The notes under the pieces are model-generated. The model made no database searches. It was given only the letters and a program-made list of their open reading frames with translations, and had not been told where the DNA came from. The translations under genes were made by a program, and so were the position numbers. From positions 248,001 to 312,000 of the IMG/VR virus record IMGVR_UViG_3300027759_000045: a stretch of 64,000 nucleotides of DNA; one strand, given 5' to 3'. This document shows, one piece after another, positions 46,949 to 56,282 of the stretch. Each line of letters starts with the position of its first letter. The first letter of the stretch is position 1.

Positions 46949-48529
46949 TTGGCTATTGTACAAATTTCGCGAATTACCCAGCGTAAAGGGTTACAGGAAA
47001 ATCTACCACAACTGGCAGGCGCTGAATTCGGTTGGAGTATAGACGAACGCAGACTGTATATTGGTAACGGCACACTAGAAGACGGTGCTCCGGTCATTGG
47101 CAACACTGAAATACTGACAGAATTTTCTGAAATTATTCCATTGGTGCAGGACTATACCTACAGCGGCGAAGAAGCCACTGGATACACAGTACAGACTGGT
47201 CCAAGTCCAGGAACTCCGGTGCAACTATCTCTCCAAAATTGGATGGATCAGTTTGCCACTGTGAAAGACTTTGGTGCAATGGGCGACGGCATCACAGATG
47301 ACACTGCGGCCATTAACCGCGCACTGTATCAACTGTATTGTCGTGAAGTAAATCCTGCAATTCGTAGAAGTTTATTCTTCCCGGCTGGTGTGTATCTTGT
47401 CACTGGCACAATCAATGTTCCTCCTTATGCCACACTACAAGGTGAAGGCCCTAAGAACAGTATCATTCAGATGGCGGCGGCTTCGGCTGCAACATATGTG
47501 GTACAAACCAGCGACAGTTTACAACAAACAGGTGCTAACATTGGCACCAATGGAGCCGAACCACCTACCAGTATCACCATTGAAAATATGTGTTTTCAGT
47601 CTTTAGACCCAATGGACATTGCTTTTGTTAATCGAGCATCCGAATGTATTTTTAATCAAGTTCAGTTCATTGGACCATTGACCACAGCAGATCTCACAGT
47701 GGACACTGACAACACTGCTTGCGTTAGATTTGACAGTAGCGATGCGTTAGATGTACATCAAATTAAATTTGACAACTGCGGATTTACCGGAACAACGTAC
47801 GGAGTTAGAACAGATCAACACGTTCGTGGAGTAGGCATCACCGGTACACATTTTTCAACCTTGTTCAAAGGCGTTCTATTAGAAGTCAATCCAGATGGTG
47901 CTGAATTCAGTCCACAGGGATTTGGAATCACCAGTTGCGATTTTGACACTATCTATGATCAAGGCATTGTGTTTTATACTGATCGTAATGCCACTGCACA
48001 AAATACATTTGGCGACGTTGGCAACCACTTTGGTGGTGTAACACAACCTTACACTAGTATTATAGACTTCTTGTCTCCTAACAACCTGAGTGTTGGTGAC
48101 ATGTTTGAACGGGCAGATGCGTATGCTGTTGTTCATCCAAGAATTGATTTAAATGGCGAAGCAAGTATTGCATTTACAAACGGCCAACAGTTGGCCATGG
48201 GCACCTATGTTCGAAACTCCGGACTTACAGTTTCATTAACAAACAATGTCATTACTCCCACCAATGCAATTACCTACAGCCTTGGCGGTGTTGTTGCACT
48301 CAGCATCAACTATACCATTGTGAGAGGTACAGCGTACCGAACTGGTATTATCAATATAACTACCACAGGAAGCGGCAGTTTAAACTACACAGATGATTTC
48401 ACAGAAAATGCCAGTACTGGTATCACTCTCACTGTGACCCAGTCTGGCAGCACGGTTTTTGTAAAGTACATCAGTACCAACACCGGCGCTGCCGCGTCAT
48501 TAACTTATAGTATAACACATTTGGCCTAA
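46949..48529 (+). CDS. Tail spike/fibre with Mtd_N-like N-terminus and pectate-lyase-3 beta-helix
   Basis: LPQLAGAEFGWSIDERRLYIGNG; VKDFGAMGDGITDDTAAINRAL; FFPAGVY; TTG start. Confidence 0.75.
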   Translation: MAIVQISRITQRKGLQENLPQLAGAEFGWSIDERRLYIGNGTLEDGAPVIGNTEILTEFSEIIPLVQDYTYSGEEATGYTVQTGPSPGTPVQLSLQNWMDQFATVKDFGAMGDGITDDTAAINRALYQLYCREVNPAIRRSLFFPAGVYLVTGTINVPPYATLQGEGPKNSIIQMAAASAATYVVQTSDSLQQTGANIGTNGAEPPTSITIENMCFQSLDPMDIAFVNRASECIFNQVQFIGPLTTADLTVDTDNTACVRFDSSDALDVHQIKFDNCGFTGTTYGVRTDQHVRGVGITGTHFSTLFKGVLLEVNPDGAEFSPQGFGITSCDFDTIYDQGIVFYTDRNATAQNTFGDVGNHFGGVTQPYTSIIDFLSPNNLSVGDMFERADAYAVVHPRIDLNGEASIAFTNGQQLAMGTYVRNSGLTVSLTNNVITPTNAITYSLGGVVALSINYTIVRGTAYRTGIINITTTGSGSLNYTDDFTENASTGITLTVTQSGSTVFVKYISTNTGAAASLTYSITHLA

Positions 48530-48530
48530 C

Positions 48531-48959
48531 GTGGTTTGGCCTGTAACATTTGAATCTCGGCTTGATAGTTGGACACAACTACGCACTCGAGCCAATGCCT
48601 TGCCTGTCGATCAGGCATTAGACGCCATCAACACCTGGTGGTTCTCATCTCCCTGGACTGGATATCACCTGCACTGGGATGATCAAACAGATTGGCCAGA
48701 TCCCTGGCAATTATTGGATGACAACATGTTCTGCGAGGTTGCTCGCGGACTCGGAATCCTGTATACTATAACTTTGTTGGACCGTGCGGATATACACTCA
48801 GCAGAACTGGTTTTAACAAAAAACGGTCATAATTTAGTCCTGGTCGACAAATCAAAATATATACTGAATTGGGACAAGTCATCCATCGTAAATATCAATC
48901 CAGAAGCAAAAATAGTAAAAAAATTAACCCAATTACAGGTTAGTGAAAAGTACCGGTAA
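48531..48959 (+). CDS. Transglutaminase-like (BTLCP-type) cysteine protease candidate
   Basis: WPDPWQLL..FCEVARGL..GHNLVLV..ILNW. Confidence 0.45.
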   Translation: MVWPVTFESRLDSWTQLRTRANALPVDQALDAINTWWFSSPWTGYHLHWDDQTDWPDPWQLLDDNMFCEVARGLGILYTITLLDRADIHSAELVLTKNGHNLVLVDKSKYILNWDKSSIVNINPEAKIVKKLTQLQVSEKYR

Positions 48960-48980
48960 CAAAAATAACAAGAGAAGCAG

Positions 48981-51302
48981 ATGTCAACAATAACAGTAGT
49001 AAAGCGCAGTGGGCAACGTGAACCCATTGCTATCGAAAAGTGGCAATCACAAGTAGCAAAAATATGTCAAGGTATAGCAGATGTCAGTCAAAGTATGGTG
49101 GAGATCAAAGCTCAACTGCACTTTTATGACGGCATCACAACCAAAGAAATTGATGGTATTACACTTAGAGCTATAGTGGATTTGATTGATGTTGAATCTA
49201 ATCCCGACGTGGGGCATACCAACTATCAGTTTGTGGCCGGCAAGCAACGACTAAGCATGTTGCGTAAAGATGTGTACGGATCATACGAGCCGCCACACCT
49301 ATACGAAATAGTAAAAACCAATGTGGCCACAGGTTTGTATACTCCAGAACTACTGGAGTGGTACACAGAAGATGACTGGAATCGAATGAATGATATGATT
49401 GATCATTCCAAAGACGAACAGTACAGTTATGCTGCCATTGAACAACTGATAGAGAAGTACTTGGTAAAAAATAGAAGTACAAAGGAAATATATGAAACTC
49501 CGCAAGTTAGATATATGGTGGCAGCCGCTACAGTGTTTCACAAGGAAGAACCTAACTCAGCCCGTATGCGCTATATTAAAGAATATTACAATGCTGCATC
49601 GGATGGCCTGTTTACTCTTGCTACCCCTGTACTTGCTGGTCTTGGTACACCAACCAAACAGTTTAGTAGTTGTGTGCTTATTCGCAGTGACGATGATCTT
49701 GACAGTATTTTTGCCTCCGGAGAAATGATGGCCAAATATGCCAGCAAGCGAGCAGGCATTGGTTTAGAAATTGGTCGACTACGTCCGTTGGGATCACCCA
49801 TTCGTGGCGGTGAGATCATGCACACAGGTATGATACCATTCCTAAAAAAATGGTTTGGTGATTTACGCTCATGCTCACAAGGAGGTATCCGCAATGCAAG
49901 TGCTACTGTTTTCTATCCTATTTGGCATCATCAGTTTGATGATCTTATTGTACTTAAAAACAACCAAGGAACAGAAGAAACCCGAGTCCGTCATATGGAT
50001 TATGGGGTTGTGCTTAGTGCTTTCTTCTGGAGACGATTTAAAAACAAAGAAAACATAACCTTTTTTGACCCCAATGAAGTGCCCGACCTGTATGAAGCGT
50101 TCTACACAAACACTGCACTGTTTGAAGAACTGTATGTCAAGTACGAAAAGCGTAAGGACTTGCGTACAAAAACCATGGCAGCAGAAGAAGTATTCAAGTC
50201 GGGCATACTAAAAGAGCGCACTGATACCGGACGTATCTACCTTGTGTTCATTGACAACGTGATGAAGCAAGGACCGTTTGATCCTGAGTATCACACCATT
50301 TACCAGAGTAACCTTTGCTGTGAAATACTTTTACCTACTAAATCCTTTAAACGTCTGGATGACGAGTCTGGTCGTATTGCACTTTGCACACTGGGCTCAA
50401 TCAATTGGGGTGCGTTCCGTAACCCAGAAGATATGCGCCGTGCTTGTCGCATACTGCATCGTAGCCTCAACAACATTCTTGACTATCAAGACTTTCTTTC
50501 CATCCAGTCTAAGCTATCCAATGACGAAATCAGACCGCTTGGGATCGGCATCACCAACCTTGCCTACTGGCACGCCAAGCGAAGCCTCAGTTACGGAGAG
50601 CGAGACTCCTTGGCTGAAGTCAAGACGTGGATGGAACACCAGGCCTACTACCTGACAGAGATGTCAGTGGAACTGGCTAAGGAACGTGGTCGTTGTGTAG
50701 ATTCTGACAGAACACGTTACGGCCAAGGTGTTTTTCCTTGGGAACTACGTGCCAAAGGTGTTAATGAACTTGCGGACTTTACACCAGAACTAAACTGGGA
50801 AAGTCTACGTGCAGAAATGCGCAGTTATGGTGTTCGCAATGCAACATCTATGGCCATTGCTCCTGTGGAGAGTAGTTCAGTTGTGATCAACTCAACCAAC
50901 GGCATCGAAATGCCAATGAGTTTGATCTCAGTTAAAGAATCCAAGGCAGGTTCGCTGACACAGGTTGTACCCGAGTATCACAAACTCAAGAATAAATATC
51001 AACAGATGTGGGCGCAGAAGGACTGCGATGGTTACTTGAAAACAGCGGCTGTGTTGGCGGCCTATGTTGACCAAAGTATCAGCACCAACACATTCTACAA
51101 TCCAGCACACTTTGCTGACCGTAAAGTGCCAACTACATTGATTGCTCGGAACTTGATGCAGGCACACCACTGGGGATTGAAAACATTCTACTACAGTTTG
51201 ATCAACAAGGCCGGTAGTAAAATGAAAGTCACTGATGAAGCGGCACCTCTTGAAGCAATTGATTTTGATCTTGAGGAAGACTGCGAAAGCTGTAAACTGT
51301 GA
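48981..51302 (+). CDS. nrdA: Ribonucleotide reductase class Ia alpha subunit
   Basis: ATP cone VVKRSG, QFSSCV, QSNLCCE, APVESSS, C-terminal CESC. Confidence 0.97.
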   Translation: MSTITVVKRSGQREPIAIEKWQSQVAKICQGIADVSQSMVEIKAQLHFYDGITTKEIDGITLRAIVDLIDVESNPDVGHTNYQFVAGKQRLSMLRKDVYGSYEPPHLYEIVKTNVATGLYTPELLEWYTEDDWNRMNDMIDHSKDEQYSYAAIEQLIEKYLVKNRSTKEIYETPQVRYMVAAATVFHKEEPNSARMRYIKEYYNAASDGLFTLATPVLAGLGTPTKQFSSCVLIRSDDDLDSIFASGEMMAKYASKRAGIGLEIGRLRPLGSPIRGGEIMHTGMIPFLKKWFGDLRSCSQGGIRNASATVFYPIWHHQFDDLIVLKNNQGTEETRVRHMDYGVVLSAFFWRRFKNKENITFFDPNEVPDLYEAFYTNTALFEELYVKYEKRKDLRTKTMAAEEVFKSGILKERTDTGRIYLVFIDNVMKQGPFDPEYHTIYQSNLCCEILLPTKSFKRLDDESGRIALCTLGSINWGAFRNPEDMRRACRILHRSLNNILDYQDFLSIQSKLSNDEIRPLGIGITNLAYWHAKRSLSYGERDSLAEVKTWMEHQAYYLTEMSVELAKERGRCVDSDRTRYGQGVFPWELRAKGVNELADFTPELNWESLRAEMRSYGVRNATSMAIAPVESSSVVINSTNGIEMPMSLISVKESKAGSLTQVVPEYHKLKNKYQQMWAQKDCDGYLKTAAVLAAYVDQSISTNTFYNPAHFADRKVPTTLIARNLMQAHHWGLKTFYYSLINKAGSKMKVTDEAAPLEAIDFDLEEDCESCKL

Positions 51303-51490
51303 ACAGCGTAGAAAAGATCTGGGCTCGAGCAACTGGGCACTTGATGGGCGAGAGTGATCATGACCGTCCTGATGTGCCTATACTAACACTTCGAGAAGCT
51401 CGAATAGCCTTGTTCTTTAAAACATTTTGGGTTATAATACATATTATAACTTGTGGTTTTATCATAGCCAACACAATTAGACACTGGTAA
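51299..51490 (+). CDS. Small membrane protein between nrdA and nrdB
   Basis: 63 aa, C-terminal hydrophobic helix, GTGA overlap. Confidence 0.6.
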   Translation: MNSVEKIWARATGHLMGESDHDRPDVPILTLREARIALFFKTFWVIIHIITCGFIIANTIRHW

Positions 51491-51494
51491 TACA

Positions 51495-52595
51495 ATGAGC
51501 CAACAACAATACAATTTAAAAACAAAAACAGACTATCTCAATCGCAAGATGTTTCTTGATCCTGCAGGCCCTGTGACTATCCAGCGATTTGAGGAGGTTA
51601 AATATCAGAAACTAGCCAAGTACGAGCAAGAGGCACGTGGATTCTTTTGGGTACCCGAAGAGATTTCGTTGACCAAAGATTCACAAGACTTTAAAGATGC
51701 GTCAGACACAGTCAAGCATATCTTCACCAGCAATCTGCTACGTCAAACTGCGCTGGATAGTTTGCAAGGACGTGGTCCAAGTCAAATCTTTACGCCGGTA
51801 GTATCATTGCCAGAACTAGAAGCGTTGGTTTACAACTGGACGTTCTTTGAAACTAACATTCATAGTCGCAGTTACAGTCATATTATTCGCAACATCTACA
51901 ACGTGCCCAAGGAAATGTTCAACACAATTCATGACACTAAAGAAATTGTAGATATGGCATCAAGTGTAGGCAACTATTACGACCGACTACACATGATCAA
52001 CTGCCGTAAAGAATTATTAGAAGACTTTCCCGAGCGTGAACACATCAAAGCAATCTGGATGGCCTTACATGCAAGCTACGCATTAGAAGCATTTCGCTTC
52101 ATGGTATCATTTGCCACAAGTCTAGCCATGGTAGAGAACAAGATCTTCATTGGCAACGGCAATATCATTCAGTTGATCCTGCAGGATGAAATCTTACACA
52201 AAGAGTGGACCGGTTGGATGATTAATCAAGTGGTCAAAGAAGATCCACGCTTTGCTGCCATCAAAGGTGAATGTGAAGCAGAAGTGTATCAGCTGTACAT
52301 GGATGTTATTCGTGAAGAAAAAGAGTGGGCAGAATACCTGTTCAAGTTTGGGCCCGTGATTGGACTCAATGCCAACATCCTGCGTGACTTTGTGGACTTC
52401 ACTGCTAAAAACGCACTCAATGAGATTGGCATTAAATATCTGGCACCTGCTCCTAAGTCAACACCAATCCCTTGGTTTAACAAACATGTCAACACGTCGA
52501 ACAAACAAACTGCACTGCAAGAGAACGAGTCGACTAACTATGTTATCGGCATCATGAGTGACACGCTAGATTACGACGAATTACCAAATTTATAA
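51495..52595 (+). CDS. nrdB: Ribonucleotide reductase beta subunit
   Basis: FFWVPEE, ETNIHSRSY, EAFRF, QDEILH, QENE...Y. Confidence 0.96.
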   Translation: MSQQQYNLKTKTDYLNRKMFLDPAGPVTIQRFEEVKYQKLAKYEQEARGFFWVPEEISLTKDSQDFKDASDTVKHIFTSNLLRQTALDSLQGRGPSQIFTPVVSLPELEALVYNWTFFETNIHSRSYSHIIRNIYNVPKEMFNTIHDTKEIVDMASSVGNYYDRLHMINCRKELLEDFPEREHIKAIWMALHASYALEAFRFMVSFATSLAMVENKIFIGNGNIIQLILQDEILHKEWTGWMINQVVKEDPRFAAIKGECEAEVYQLYMDVIREEKEWAEYLFKFGPVIGLNANILRDFVDFTAKNALNEIGIKYLAPAPKSTPIPWFNKHVNTSNKQTALQENESTNYVIGIMSDTLDYDELPNL

Positions 52596-52605
52596 AAAGG
52601 AAAAT

Positions 52606-52863
52606 ATGAAAGCTACAGTATGGAGTAAAGATCAGTGCCCTTATTGCGACCAAGCCAAGGCATTGTTAAAGCAAAAGGGCATTGAGTTTGAAGAACGCAA
52701 TGTGACTAGAGACTGGACTCGAGAACAACTATTAGAAGCAGTACCAACTGCTAGAACAGTGCCGCAAATATTTTTAGATGATAAACTTGTTGGCGGATTT
52801 ACAGAACTTAAAAAGTTATTTGAACAGGAAAACGCTGTTGGGTACAGCGACGGAGTATTATAA
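52606..52863 (+). CDS. Glutaredoxin
   Basis: CPYC, TVPQIF, GGFTEL. Confidence 0.93.
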   Translation: MKATVWSKDQCPYCDQAKALLKQKGIEFEERNVTRDWTREQLLEAVPTARTVPQIFLDDKLVGGFTELKKLFEQENAVGYSDGVL

Positions 52864-52864
52864 T

Positions 52865-53155
52865 ATGTTAATTGATAAAGGCGCCTCAATAGGTGAAGTA
52901 GTGACGTTTAAACTAACGTCCGGTGAAGAGTTAATTGGAAAATTAATTGAAGAAACCGATGTATACTATAAACTGTCACGTCCAATGGTGATTGCCATGG
53001 GCGCCCAGGGTCCTGGACTGATGCCTTATTTGTTCACAGTGAGTCCGGACAAAGATATCAAACTGTCAAAGGGCACAGTCACAGTGGTGGCAGCCACAGA
53101 TAAGGCCTTTGCTGATCAGTTTATTCAAAGCACCACCGGCATTATTGTACGATAA
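52865..53155 (+). CDS. Sm-like fold hypothetical protein
   Basis: VVTFKLTSGEELIGKL pattern; start at ATG 52865. Confidence 0.5.
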   Translation: MLIDKGASIGEVVTFKLTSGEELIGKLIEETDVYYKLSRPMVIAMGAQGPGLMPYLFTVSPDKDIKLSKGTVTVVAATDKAFADQFIQSTTGIIVR

Positions 53156-53176
53156 ATAACGCACAAGGACAAACAC

Positions 53177-53470
53177 ATGCCAAACGTACAACGACAGGGT
53201 GACACAAACTCAGTAGGCGGAGCAGCCGGGGCAGGAGTGGCATCTGTGCGAGTAAATGGCATACCTATTGTGGTTGACGGTACCAGTGTTTCGGCCCATG
53301 CACCATGGCCTCAACGTAGATACAACCCGCACCCACCACACGCTGCCGCAGGCACTGCTGGCGGCAGTGGCACAGTACGTGCCGGCGGCAAACCTGTTGT
53401 TAGAACAGGAGACGCTGACACATGTGGACATGCTCGTGTAGGCGGCAGTCCTGACGTAAGGGCAGGATAA
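53177..53470 (+). CDS. PAAR-like spike tip protein (gp5.4-like)
   Basis: RQGD, VRVNGIPI..G, H, VRAGGKPVVRTGD..TCGH. Confidence 0.85.
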   Translation: MPNVQRQGDTNSVGGAAGAGVASVRVNGIPIVVDGTSVSAHAPWPQRRYNPHPPHAAAGTAGGSGTVRAGGKPVVRTGDADTCGHARVGGSPDVRAG

Positions 53471-55533
53471 TGGCCGGATCATTGTCGCCACTGCAACTGC
53501 AAGCTGCTGCTGGTTTATTTCAAAATCAAGGCTACATTATTGTTGCAAATTTAACTGCCAATGTTAATGCATATAACTCAACTGCGTTGTTGACTCCTTT
53601 GATAAATGCCATCGGCAATGCAGGACCCGCCGCCGGGAATTTAACACCAGAAACAATAGCGTCACTACAAACATTTGCCAACACCACTTGCCCTGCACTA
53701 GCCGATTCCATAGTGGCCAACATTGTAGCACCTGTATCAACCACATTGAGTAATCCTGGAATGTCCGGCATTATTACACTGACCGCAGAAGCGTACATGG
53801 GCAACGTCGATCTCAGTATATTTGCACAGAATTTTATTCAGGCAAATAGTTATTGCTCAACTGTGAATAGTTTTATCAACAGCGCAGTAAACGCCAACGA
53901 TTATTTAGGTCCTACATTTACTGGCATGGACAATCTTGTCACAGCAGGCCTTACTGAGATCAATCGTGCCACGGCAGCCACGGGCGATGACTTGTACAAT
54001 GCTGGTCAATACATTGATCTAGGCAATCTTGACAACTACGGAACCCCGTTGGCACTGATACAACAGATATCTCGTCGTGCTGGAACCATTAGTCCGTTGA
54101 TCTCAGTATTGAGCACAGCCGGCGTGCCCGATAACATTATTCTCAATCTCAATGATCCTGCTGTGGTAGTTACTGACACTGTGCAAAAACTTATGTATAA
54201 CGCATTGCTTGGTGTCACCGGTGACGAACTTGCAAATATATTAAGAATCCTAGATGTATGGACTCCAAACATCAACACATTGGCAGACTTATTGAATCCT
54301 GCTGTGATGTTGCCCAACAGTTATCCATCGCTGACAACACCAACTGCAGATGGTCCACGTGCTATTTACATCACTGCTCCGGTGGAACCACCTGTTGACT
54401 ACGATAATTTAACCCCTGAACAGAGTCAGTTAATACTCGACGAAGAAGCTGCCGTGAGAGCAATTGATCGTCCACTGGCCTGTGAGATACGTCAAAGTGA
54501 AAATCCAGTCACTGCAGGATCCACTGCCAGTCCTGTTACAGGAGACACTTCCGGCAACACAGGATCTGGCAATCAATACACACCCAATAGTGCATTGTTA
54601 CCAGCAGTGGCCGGCGACCAAGCTGGCATAAGTTATGAGCGACTGAGCGTGATGACAACGCCAGGACTGGCACTGGTCAACAAAGCATTATCCTGCTCAC
54701 TTGACCAAGTTACCAATATTGGTCGTATGAATTTACCACAGTTGTCTGCGGCATTTTTAGCAGCCGAGACCAACAAAGGGTTGCCAGCAATCCTAGACCA
54801 GACTGCTCCATTACCAACTGCAGACGTAAGCTACTATGCAAATAGTATAGCAACAGGATCTGGCGTAAATGGAACTATATTGTTGACTGATATTCTTGGA
54901 ACTCCAGCAACCCAGAATGTTGCTGACAATATTGGAAACTGTGTTGCTATTATTAATAATTTGCAAACAGCAAATGCATTGGGTAATTTGATTACCATAT
55001 ACAATGGCATATACGCAAACACAATTGCGTCAGACGAGGCCAATGTATTGTTGTTGATTCCAATAGCAGTGACTGAGATTGGAAATATTATTGCTGCCTA
55101 CCCTACAGAAACGGCCAGTCTTAACACAAACTTTTCAGCAATCAGCACACAGATAACAAAAGAAACTGAATTACAAGTTCGAGCAGGTATGGATGTTGGC
55201 AATGTACTAGGCAATAACCAATCGGCTATTATGAGTTTTGTGTCGTCGCTACCGAGTTTTGGGCTTGACACCAAAGTAGGCGGTTCAGCGCAGTATCTAG
55301 AACTTGTGGCCAACATTGATTTGTCAACTGCCAATACCATTGCTGAAACAAGTGCAGGTCAATCTACTGTGGCAGTGCTACGTGAAGGCCGCACAACAGC
55401 CGCCCTTAATGTTGCAGGTGTAGGGACATCAGCTACCACTGTGGACCCAATACCATCAACTCCGCCTCCGCAAGCTGTGTTAAGCAGTTCTAGAATCTTT
55501 GAAAGAGAAGCGCAGAGTCAAGTAATTTATTAA
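53470..55533 (+). CDS. Large Ala/Asn/Thr/Leu-rich virion protein candidate
   Basis: 687 aa coupled to PAAR; extremely few basic residues. Confidence 0.55.
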   Translation: MAGSLSPLQLQAAAGLFQNQGYIIVANLTANVNAYNSTALLTPLINAIGNAGPAAGNLTPETIASLQTFANTTCPALADSIVANIVAPVSTTLSNPGMSGIITLTAEAYMGNVDLSIFAQNFIQANSYCSTVNSFINSAVNANDYLGPTFTGMDNLVTAGLTEINRATAATGDDLYNAGQYIDLGNLDNYGTPLALIQQISRRAGTISPLISVLSTAGVPDNIILNLNDPAVVVTDTVQKLMYNALLGVTGDELANILRILDVWTPNINTLADLLNPAVMLPNSYPSLTTPTADGPRAIYITAPVEPPVDYDNLTPEQSQLILDEEAAVRAIDRPLACEIRQSENPVTAGSTASPVTGDTSGNTGSGNQYTPNSALLPAVAGDQAGISYERLSVMTTPGLALVNKALSCSLDQVTNIGRMNLPQLSAAFLAAETNKGLPAILDQTAPLPTADVSYYANSIATGSGVNGTILLTDILGTPATQNVADNIGNCVAIINNLQTANALGNLITIYNGIYANTIASDEANVLLLIPIAVTEIGNIIAAYPTETASLNTNFSAISTQITKETELQVRAGMDVGNVLGNNQSAIMSFVSSLPSFGLDTKVGGSAQYLELVANIDLSTANTIAETSAGQSTVAVLREGRTTAALNVAGVGTSATTVDPIPSTPPPQAVLSSSRIFEREAQSQVIY

Positions 55534-55631
55534 ATCCACCCGCCAAAGTCGGTGGATAAATTAATCGGATGAACTTCCCATCCGTCTTGTGCCCATCGTA
55601 GTAACATCAATAATGTGTCTAAATAGTTCAT
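55530..55631 (-). CDS. Micro-ORF 4 (33 aa)
   Basis: MNYLDTLLMLLRWAQDGWEVHPINLSTDFGGWI; ATGA overlap with ORF 3. Confidence 0.55.
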   Translation of the reverse strand: MNYLDTLLMLLRWAQDGWEVHPINLSTDFGGWI

Positions 55632-55711
55632 TTATCAAACTCCTGCACTAGATATACGAGAATTATTGCCCCAAATATTATAATTTGAACCGCGACTAAT
55701 CCTATGTCCAT
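55628..55711 (-). CDS. Micro-ORF 3 (27 aa, single transmembrane helix)
   Basis: MDIGLVAVQIIIFGAIILVYLVQEFDK. Confidence 0.55.
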   Translation of the reverse strand: MDIGLVAVQIIIFGAIILVYLVQEFDK

Positions 55712-55713
55712 GA

Positions 55714-55818
55714 TTACTTCCAATAATTGTATTTGCTGGCAGGACTTTGACGATATTCGTGAATCATCTCTGCCCAGGCAATTAACCCGTCATACACTGT
55801 GTTGATAATTTTTTTCAT
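55714..55818 (-). CDS. Micro-ORF 2 (34 aa)
   Basis: MKKIINTVYDGLIAWAEMIHEYRQSPASKYNYWK; ATGA overlap with ORF 1. Confidence 0.6.
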   Translation of the reverse strand: MKKIINTVYDGLIAWAEMIHEYRQSPASKYNYWK

Positions 55819-55982
55819 AGATAACTTCCTTGCCGGCGGTCATATTCTCTAGTCCAATGATCTACATCAGACACATCTTGTACATTCTTGCTTGCTAAGA
55901 AGGCTTCTAACTTGTTTTGATAGTTCTGTGATGGGAACATCTCGGCTAGACGCTCAATTAGTTTTGCTATTGTTGCTGTCAT
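55815..55982 (-). CDS. Micro-ORF 1 (55 aa), DUF3563-like
   Basis: MTATIAKLIERLAEMFP..LEAFLASKNVQDVSDVDHWTREYDRR; AAGGA RBS. Confidence 0.65.
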   Translation of the reverse strand: MTATIAKLIERLAEMFPSQNYQNKLEAFLASKNVQDVSDVDHWTREYDRRQGSYL

Positions 55983-56001
55983 TGCTTTTTCCTTTAGTAT
56001 T

Positions 56002-56066
56002 GTAGAAACTCGTGGTTTCTACTGAGTTATTTATGTTGCGTCGCAATATACCTAGTGGTTTCTACT
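56002..56066 (-). promoter_or_regulatory. Late-type promoter overlapped by a palindrome and flanked by 12-bp direct repeats
   Basis: ATAAATA (minus) 56028-56034; TATGTTGCG-T-CGCAATATA 56032-56050; GTGGTTTCTACT at 56012 and 56055; GTAGAAAC/GTTTCTAC hairpin. Confidence 0.65.
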
Positions 56067-56083
56067 AATAAAATAGTCAAAAA

Positions 56084-56107
56084 TAAACCCACTTGAAAGT
56101 GGGTTTA
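56084..56107 (-). terminator. Rho-independent terminator
   Basis: TAAACCCACT-TGAA-AGTGGGTTTA perfect stem with T tract on the minus strand. Confidence 0.8.
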
Positions 56108-56278
56108 TGTGGTACCGTGTGTTTCGTGATACCGTTTAAGCGCCAGCATTCTGGCCACGTATAATCTATATTGAACGTAATCGGAAAGTTCGTCGTCCGG
56201 AACTAGTTGTCCAAACTCTGCGCTTCTCCGATTACGCCCAAATTTGACTTCATCATCTATGACAAAGTCTTCATCATC
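56105..56278 (-). CDS. Acidic-then-helical ORF lacking an obvious in-frame start
   Basis: DDEDFVIDDEVKFGRNRRS..LSDYVQYRLYVARMLALKRY is protein-like; in the +1 frame just after the stop of 56283-56495. Confidence 0.4.
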   Translation of the reverse strand, partial: DDEDFVIDDEVKFGRNRRSAEFGQLVPDDELSDYVQYRLYVARMLALKRYHETHGTT

Positions 56279-56282
56279 AAGA

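Noticed and set aside
46949-48529. Mtd_N-like N-terminus suggesting a diversity-generating retroelement
   Set aside because: No reverse transcriptase and no template/variable repeat pair seen in the window
48981-52595. Introns or inteins in nrdA/nrdB (also checked terL, uvsX, uvsW, gp41)
   Set aside because: All are continuous and of normal length; the nrdA-nrdB spacer ORF is a small membrane protein, not a homing endonuclease
56002-56066. TTTCTACT repeats reminiscent of Cas12a direct repeats or a mini-array
   Set aside because: Only 12 bp identical, two copies, no matching TAGAT stem and no cas genes; better explained as operator sites
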